From contig CAVVHE010000005.1 of NCBI GenBank assembly GCA_963748015.1, positions 128,001 to 192,000 of the forward strand: DNA of 64,000 nucleotides, read 5' to 3'. Position numbers and translations under genes: made by a program. This document shows, piece after piece, positions 57,425-64,000 of this stretch. Position 1 is the stretch's first letter, and each line of letters starts with the position of its first letter. The notes beneath the pieces are model-generated. The model had not been told where the DNA came from and ran no database searches. It saw nothing but the letters and a program-made list of their open reading frames with translations. The DNA is from Terriglobia bacterium (lineage in GTDB: Bacteria; Acidobacteriota; Polarisedimenticolia; Polarisedimenticolales; JAIQFR01).

Positions 57425-58754
57425 GGCTGTAGTAGTGGTGATCGACCGCCACGTGATAATCGATGTTCACGGTGGCCTCCAGCCAGGTGGCCACGACGAA
57501 GGGCGAGGGCGGCAGCGGCCGCAGCTTGGGCTGGTCCAGGGCTTCAAACCATTGGTCGCGCGAACCCTCCAGCTTCTGGAAGGGCTGGGCATTGAGTTCC
57601 CGCAAGCGGGGCGCGATGGCTTGGTTCAACTGGCCGACGCTGAAGAAATCCATGTCGCGCAACGCGGCCAGGATCTGGCGCTGGGCCACCTGCACCGCCG
57701 ACTCGGCCTTGGCCTTGTCGCGGGGCTTTCTGACGCGCGTGGGCAGGATGACCGTGCCGTAGTGTTCGGCCATCTCCTGGTAGGTGCGATGAAGCAAGGG
57801 CTCATAGCGGCAGGGCTCCACGACGGCCGTGCGGGTGTTGTCGGGGATCGTCAGCGCCGCCACCCCGCCATAGAACTGGTAGGCGTGCACGTGGGCGCTG
57901 ATCCAGGAATGCAGCTTCTGGTCAGGGAACGCCTCGGCGAAGATCTTGCCCGAAACCCCCAGCGCGGCGACGAACAGGGAGGCGGGTTGGGTCATGCCGT
58001 CGGCCCCGTTGCGGATCGGGACGGTCTGACCAGCCCAGTCCACGAACAGCTTCTCCCCGGGAACGTGCACCTGCCGGAGTGAGGGCTCCAAGGTCTTGCG
58101 CCATTGCTGATAACGTTCGCAGAAGCGGCTGTACTTCAAACCCGAGGGATCGGTGCGGATGTACTCCTGCCACAACAGGCGCAGAGTGACGTTGGGACGG
58201 CGCAGTTCGGCGTGGAGGTGAGCCCAGTCCGGGACCGGCGGTGGGGGCGTTCCCGCCCTCCGCGGGGGGGCCACCGCGCACAGACGGGCTTCCAGTTCCG
58301 TTTGGCCGACGGCTTCGGGTAAGGGCCACTTCAAGCCCGCGGCCTCGGCCCGCAGGAGGTAATCGCCGACCGTGCTGGAAGCGATGCCACAACTGCGGGC
58401 GATTTCGCGGATCGAGAGGTGATGTTCATGTTTCAGACGTAGGAGTTCGATGACTTGACGCATAACGAGTATTTTTCGAGGCATAGGGCGATCAGTTTCG
58501 ACCGCCCGGCTGCCCATTCAACGTTTTGCGTCACCCTCCCCGAGAGGACCTGCTCACGATCCCTTCCCACCACCCCACTCAGGGCTGGCGGAAAAACTGT
58601 CCCGCTACCCCGGAACGTTGTCCGGCTTGGACCGGAACACTGTCCGGACCGTCCCGGATTGCTGTCCGGCTGGCGCCGGAACACTGTCCGACATCGGCCG
58701 GAATCCTGTCCGGATAGAATCGGAATCAGTGTCCGAATGGCGCCGGAATACGCA
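57425..58754 (-). mobile_element. istA: IS21-family remnant: left end plus truncated istA (58484..57425), no istB
   Basis: Terminus TGCGTATTCC, multiple tgtccgg repeats at 58597..58745, HTH, PGEKLFVDWAG, PDN, KPRDKAKAE. Confidence 0.9.
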
Positions 58755-59187
58755 CCTTGGAGAGCTGCCCCGCCGCGGCTGAGGACATCGGATTCCCCTT
58801 TGCGGCTCAAGTGGCCCTGTTGACCCGGCAGCATGTCGGACGCAAAAACGAAACCGTAGGCCTCATCACCGATCTGGCGCCTGAGCAACTGCCCGCAGCG
58901 CAATGGCTCAAAGCCAACCGCATGGCTTGGGGAATCGAAAATGGGACGCATCAGCGCCTGGACGTCTCCCTCAATGAGGACCGGTGTCGGGTTTGCAGCA
59001 CCAACGGGTTGTGGATCCTGGGCATGCTCCGACGGCTGGTCATCAGCCTGTTCACGCACTGGCGCGCACGCCATCGCAAGCCCCAGCACCAATCCGTCAC
59101 CGATTTCCAGGCCGCCATGGGAGAAGATAATCTAGCCATGGCCATGGCCTTTGTTACCCGCCAACGTCCCAAACTGTGAAAACCCTT
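58755..59187 (+). mobile_element. ISAs1-family transposase C-terminal remnant
   Basis: ITDL..R..WGIENGTH..LDV.LNEDRCR; 5' part replaced by the IS21 end. Confidence 0.8.
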
Positions 59188-59227
59188 CATGCATACGCGC
59201 TGCGAATTGCTGCCTGTGGCTAGAATC

Positions 59228-60843
59228 CAGGGTTTTTGGGTTCTGTCACGGGAAGGCCCGTTTGGCGAGCAGATTGAGGCCGTGACTGGGGCGGGCGGCC
59301 ACGCGCTCGAAGACCTGCCGGGTCGTGCCCCAACCGCACCGCAGCACCGGTTGCAGCAACGCCGTGCGCAGCAGCGCCAGCGCACAGGCCGCGTTCTTGT
59401 GGCGCAGCCGGCAGCGCCACGCTTACCGCGCGCGTTTCAATCCGGCCCCGGCTGGGTTCGGTCTGGGCAAAAGGGGGGTGGCCCCGGCCAGTTTCTTCGC
59501 CGCGTTTTTCGGCACGGTGGGTTGGTTGTCCTTCACGCCCAGCACGTAGTCGCCGCCTTTTTCCTGGGTGATGATCTGCGCGGTTTCTTTCTGGCAGTGG
59601 AGCGGGTCGGCGGTGACAACGCAGCCCAGCAAGTTCACCGCGTCGGAGCGCAGGAGTGTTTGGGCGGCGGGCAGTTCGTGGCCTTTGTTGGGGGCGGCAA
59701 TAATCGCCACCGGCGCGCCGTCCTCGTGTTCGACCAGGCTGACAATGCAGCCCAGGTGGTCGCGAATGGTCTTGCCGTCCAGGGCCAGCGAGGCGGGCAG
59801 GCGTCCGGCCTGCGCTTGGAGCCAGCGGGTGAGGACGTCGGCCAGGGCTTCGAGGTCCAGGGCGATCAGGAGATCGCGCAGGACGGTGTAGGTCGGGGCC
59901 GGATAAAACTTCGTGCCTTTCTTGGGCCAGCAGCCGAGGGCTTTGCGCTGGGCTTGGGAGAGGCGGGTGCCGAAGCGCTGGATTTCGGCCAGGTCCACTT
60001 TGCCCGCCAGCAGGCCCAGCGCGACGACGGTGAGCGTGGGGGCCAGCGGATAGCGTTTCCCTTGGGCGCGGCGCGGGTCGGGCACTTCCCGCAGCGCGTC
60101 TTGGAGGCTGTAACGTTGGGCCGCGTTCAAGGCACAGCGGGCGGCCGCGCCGACGGTCAAGGCCGGGGCCTGGCGGGCGGACACTTCGGGGGCGCAAAGT
60201 TTTTCCTTCGCGTGCGGCGCCAGCGGTTTGAGCCAGAGCCGTTTGGGGTGGTCGTGAAAGGCGAAGAAGTCGCAGCGGTGGCGCGCGAAGCCGACGGTTT
60301 TCCCGACGGGTTCCCAGCCGGCGGCCTTGTAGCAGGTGCCGGCGTGGGCCTCGGGATCGGTGAAGGTTTCGGCCAGCAACGGCGCGTAACCACAGTGCGC
60401 GAACCACTGGTCGGGCAGCGCGGCGGTGGCGGCGGCGAGGATTTGGGAGGCGAGATTGGGGCGGCGGGCGGCGTCCGGGATGAGGAAGCGGGCTTGATTG
60501 ACGATGAGCTTGAGGCGCTGGGCGCGGGTAAGCGGATCCCAGCCGATCCAGGCGTCGCGGTCCTTGAGATGCAGGGCGGGCGCGCACCACAGGAGCAGGC
60601 CGACCCACTGACCGTCCTGCTCGGCAATCTGATAGAGGCGGTCGCCAGCGGGGAAGCGGGGGCCGAGAAAGTGTTCGGCCTCCAGGAGCGCGTCGAAGCG
60701 CTGGCGTTCGCAGCGGTCGGTGAGGACGCGCACGGCCAGCGGGCCGTGGGCGTCCGGCTGTGGGGCAACGGAGCAAGTCGGTTTCATCCCAGCCTACCGT
60801 GCGCCGGCAAACGCCAGATGTCAAGCCGGAAAAGAAACGCCTG
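59228..60843 (-). mobile_element. ISAs1-family element with N-terminal DUF4338 fusion, internally deleted
   Basis: DUF4338 motifs, then VPDPRR..GKRYPL, ALDGKT, VTAD.LHCQ, GGDYVL.VK.NQP, shifted-frame GRIETR, tail RCRLRHKNAACALALLR. Boundaries approximate. Confidence 0.85.
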
Positions 60844-61087
60844 ATTTCACGGACACTTCCTCAGCAGAACATTTGTGCCGTGGGCTAGAATCCTATGTGG
60901 CTAGAATCCTGTGCTAGAATCCTGTTGACAGAGTGAACCTGGTCAGTCAATTTCTAAGACTAAGAGCTGTTAGAAACTTAGATTAACTCTCACCCAGTTA
61001 ACAAAGAAAGCAGCCAATAAAGGACGGGAAGCATTCACACTACTTAACGCCATTTAGGCGGTGGTGCCGTGCTAAAAGTGTAGTTGT

Positions 61088-61852
61088 ATGTTCGCGCAAG
61101 ACTCAACATTGACTGGGTGCGAGGAGGGAGTTGCAGAATCTGCACTTTGGGGCTCCTGCCAACCGATTCCCTTTTGGAAGCGGCTATTGGACGTCTTGCT
61201 GGTCTTTCTTCTCAGCCCGCTTTGGCTACCGGTCATGCTCTTCATTGCGATCGGCATCAAAATCGCTTCAAGAGGCCCGGTGATTTTTCGTCAGGAACGC
61301 TTGGGGTGCCGCGGACAGCGGTTCATGTGTTTGAAATTTCGCAGCATGTATTGCAACGCCGACACCAAACTTCACAAGGAGCACCTCAGTTACTTGATGA
61401 AATCGGGCCAGCCGATGGTCAAGCTCGACAAGGGGCGTGATCCGAGAGTTATCCCGTTTGGTCAGGTATTGCGGGCGAGCGGTTTGGATGAACTTCCGCA
61501 GATCTTCAACGTGCTGCGGGGGGAGATGAGCCTGGTGGGCCCGCGTCCCTGCACGGTTTATGAGTATGAGGCCTATTCGCCGTGGCACAAGCAACGGTTG
61601 GCTGCAGTGCCGGGCTTGACCGGTTTGTGGCAGGTCAGCGGTAAGAACCGGACAACCTTTGAGCAGATGGTTCAGTTGGACATTGAATATGGCAGAAACC
61701 TTTCGCTGGGTCGTGACCTGAGGATATTGGCCAGGACCTTTGGCGTTCTGTCCGGACAGATCATGGATTCTGTCATGCCGGGAAGACAGTCAAGGAACTT
61801 TGAGAAACAGAAGGAGCTAACTACCCATGAAAGACTCGGTCAACAAATCTAA
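61088..61852 (+). CDS. Priming sugar transferase (bacterial sugar transferase family)
   Basis: KRLLD, GPVIFRQER.G, KFRSM, DPRV..G..LR...LDELPQ.FNVLRGEMSLVGPRP, PGLTGLWQV. Confidence 0.95.
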   Translation: MFAQDSTLTGCEEGVAESALWGSCQPIPFWKRLLDVLLVFLLSPLWLPVMLFIAIGIKIASRGPVIFRQERLGCRGQRFMCLKFRSMYCNADTKLHKEHLSYLMKSGQPMVKLDKGRDPRVIPFGQVLRASGLDELPQIFNVLRGEMSLVGPRPCTVYEYEAYSPWHKQRLAAVPGLTGLWQVSGKNRTTFEQMVQLDIEYGRNLSLGRDLRILARTFGVLSGQIMDSVMPGRQSRNFEKQKELTTHERLGQQI

Positions 61853-63071
61853 CGCCGCGCGGCGGTTTCGTCGCACTGGCACCAACGGCAATGGACAAAC
61901 CGTGCATGCACGTGGGAACGGCAACGGAGTCGGTGAGTCGCACGGACGGCAGCCGGAGTTGGGCGCTCACGCCGTGATTCGGGTCAGGCGCCAGTCGGTG
62001 AGCGGGCGCATTGGGATTGGCATCATCGGCTGCGGCTATTGGGGACCGAATTTGGTGCGCAATTTGAATTCCATCGGTGACTGCAGCGTTCGCTGGCTCT
62101 GCGACCTGAATCCAAAGCGGCTGCAGCATCTGAGCTCGCTCTACACCGTGGCCAAAACCACGAGCAACTTCGAGTTGGTGTTGAATGACAAACAGGTCCA
62201 GGCCGTGGTGATCGCCACCCCCGTGGGCACACACTTTCCGCTGGCGAAGGCCAGTCTGCTGGCGGGCAAGCACGTATTCGTGGAGAAACCGCTGGCACGA
62301 TCCACGGCTGAAAGCAAAGAGTTGGTGGATATCGCGCGTCGGCAGGGATTGACGCTCATGGTGGGGCACACATTCCTCTACTCGGCGCCCGTTCGCAAAG
62401 TGAAGGAGATCATCGATCGCGGGGACATTGGACAGGTACGCTACATCAGCGCCCGGCGCCTGAACCTCGGACTGTTCCAGAAAGACATCAACGTGGCGTG
62501 GGATCTGGCACCGCACGATATATCGATTGTGCTTTATCTGCTGAGCGACATGCCCCGCAGTGTCAACTGTCGAGGCCATGCAAACGTCACTCCGGGCATT
62601 GAGGATGTCACCAATATGTGCCTTAACTTCGGTGGGTCTTGCTTTGCATCCATCCAAAGCAGTTGGCTGGATCCCTTGAAAGTGCGCGAAATGACCATCG
62701 TGGGTGACCGGCGGATGATTCTTTACAACGACGTCGCGCCCTTGGAGAAGATCAAGATCTTTGATGCGCGGGTGGAAACGCCGCCCCATTACGACACTTT
62801 CGCCGAGTTTCACTACGCCTACCATTACGGGGACATGTATGTTCCCTACCTCAAGCAGGAGGAACCCCTGAAGGTCGAGTGCCAGCACTTCATCGACTGC
62901 ATCCGCAGTGGACAGCGACCGTTCACATCGGGTGAGGACGGGCATAACATGGTGCGGGTGCTTGAGGCCGCCAGTCGGTCGCTCCGCCAGGGTGGAGCGG
63001 AGGTGCCGCTGGACGAAATCCCAAGTGTGGGGCAACCGACAATTGCTCAGCAGTCAACCGTTGTTGGCTAA
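61827..63071 (+). CDS. Gfo/Idh/MocA oxidoreductase (nucleotide-sugar dehydrogenase)
   Basis: IIGCGYWG, IATP..TH, GKHVFVEKP, DLAPHD; true start may be near 61998. Confidence 0.92.
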   Translation: MKDSVNKSNAARRFRRTGTNGNGQTVHARGNGNGVGESHGRQPELGAHAVIRVRRQSVSGRIGIGIIGCGYWGPNLVRNLNSIGDCSVRWLCDLNPKRLQHLSSLYTVAKTTSNFELVLNDKQVQAVVIATPVGTHFPLAKASLLAGKHVFVEKPLARSTAESKELVDIARRQGLTLMVGHTFLYSAPVRKVKEIIDRGDIGQVRYISARRLNLGLFQKDINVAWDLAPHDISIVLYLLSDMPRSVNCRGHANVTPGIEDVTNMCLNFGGSCFASIQSSWLDPLKVREMTIVGDRRMILYNDVAPLEKIKIFDARVETPPHYDTFAEFHYAYHYGDMYVPYLKQEEPLKVECQHFIDCIRSGQRPFTSGEDGHNMVRVLEAASRSLRQGGAEVPLDEIPSVGQPTIAQQSTVVG

Positions 63072-63074
63072 TCT

Positions 63075-63575
63075 ATGAGTGGAGTCGGGCCATCCGGGCT
63101 GAAACGCATTGCCCCCAACGTGAAACTGGGGCAAGGCGTTAGCGTGTGCGATTTTACCAATCTCTATGGCTGCGAGATTGGAGACGAAACCAAGATTGGT
63201 CCGTTCGTGGAAATACAGAAGGGTTCGAAGGTGGGGCAACGCTGCAAGATCTCCAGCCACACATTCATCTGCGAAGGCGTTACCATTGAGGACGAGGTGT
63301 TTATCGGGCACAACGTGACGTTTATCAACGACCGTTGTCCGAGAGCCACCAACCCGGATGGAACGATCCAAACCGAACAGGACTGGCACTGTGAGAAGAC
63401 CTTGGTGAAACGTGCAGCCTCGATCGGGTCCAGTGTTACGGTGCTCTGTGGTGTTACTATTGGTGAGGGGGCCTTGGTGGGTGCGGGGAGCGTGGTGACT
63501 CGCGACGTTCCGCCTCGCATGGTGGTCGCGGGCAATCCAGCGCGTGTGCTCAAGGCAAATCCCGTTGCCGCGTGA
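63075..63575 (+). CDS. Hexapeptide-repeat N-acyltransferase (WbpD/WlbB-like)
   Basis: NLYGCEIG..IG.FVEIQ, KISSHTFICEGVTIED.VFIG, VGAGSVVT.DV, GNPAR. Confidence 0.92.
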   Translation: MSGVGPSGLKRIAPNVKLGQGVSVCDFTNLYGCEIGDETKIGPFVEIQKGSKVGQRCKISSHTFICEGVTIEDEVFIGHNVTFINDRCPRATNPDGTIQTEQDWHCEKTLVKRAASIGSSVTVLCGVTIGEGALVGAGSVVTRDVPPRMVVAGNPARVLKANPVAA

Positions 63576-63576
63576 T

Positions 63577-64000
63577 ATGCAAGTTCCCTTCTTGGAACTC
63601 GAGACTCAGCGCGGCGCGCTCATGCCAGGATCGGTCGTGGCTGTCATCGAGGCTACAGCCCCATCGACTGTCCCGGATTGGGATGAGCAAGTGCTCCAGT
63701 TTCGGGAAGGGTGCATCTTTCACACTCGTGGTTGGTTGGAAGTGCTGCGTCAGAGTTACGGATTTCGCCCCCTTTTTTTAGTCCTCAAGAAGAATGAGAA
63801 ATGGGCAGGCCTCCTTCCGGTGGTCGAAGTTTGCAGCCCGCTTACGGGCTGCCGGGGTGTGGCGCTGCCTTTCTCCGATTTCTGTCCCCCACTGAGCACC
63901 GAACCAGACGTTTTGGAATCACTATGGGGGGCTGCCCTCAGCCTGGGCACCCAGCGGAACTGGCGTTATCTGGACACCAGGGGGGGGGGCGCACCGGATG
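63577..64000 (+). CDS. FemAB-like GNAT protein, 3'-partial
   Basis: My translation: WDEQV..IFHT.GWL.VL.QSYG..GLLP..V.S.LTG..GV.LPFSD.C; open to the window end. Confidence 0.75.
   Translation, partial: MQVPFLELETQRGALMPGSVVAVIEATAPSTVPDWDEQVLQFREGCIFHTRGWLEVLRQSYGFRPLFLVLKKNEKWAGLLPVVEVCSPLTGCRGVALPFSDFCPPLSTEPDVLESLWGAALSLGTQRNWRYLDTRGGGAPD

Noticed and set aside
58597..58745. Short repeated units resembling a CRISPR array or iterons
   Set aside because: No constant repeat with unique spacers; they sit at the IS21 end and fit transposase-binding repeats.

Overview
GC-rich bacterial chromosome segment, most likely Verrucomicrobiota (inferred from gene content, secreted-protein architecture and repeat types; no database check). 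Many conserved genes are broken by single-base indels that look like consensus errors. In order: a Cys-rich repeat surface protein, GT2, HydE/PylB-like radical SAM, gyrB-gyrA, pdxH, GH20, plant-like leuD, gltA, tRNA-Asp, NYN protein, rimO and tRNA-fMet; an accessory block (two inverted paralogous secreted proteins, an FGE-sulfatase fragment, a phage-like remnant, possible integron cassettes, IS1380); an ABC system, a DUF6883/DUF4926 module and deoxyhypusine synthase-like plus ornithine decarboxylase genes; a 15 kb co-oriented cluster (sensorless histidine kinase, FixJ-type regulator, tandem kinase-pseudokinase-like protein, SulP, HTH-PTS EIIA, a Ni-less hydrogenase-related Ehr complex, GNAT, SET protein); a PIN/AbrB toxin-antitoxin pair; nested IS remnants; and the start of a polysaccharide locus. 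The best candidate for an undescribed system is the 39.3-54.4 kb cluster.
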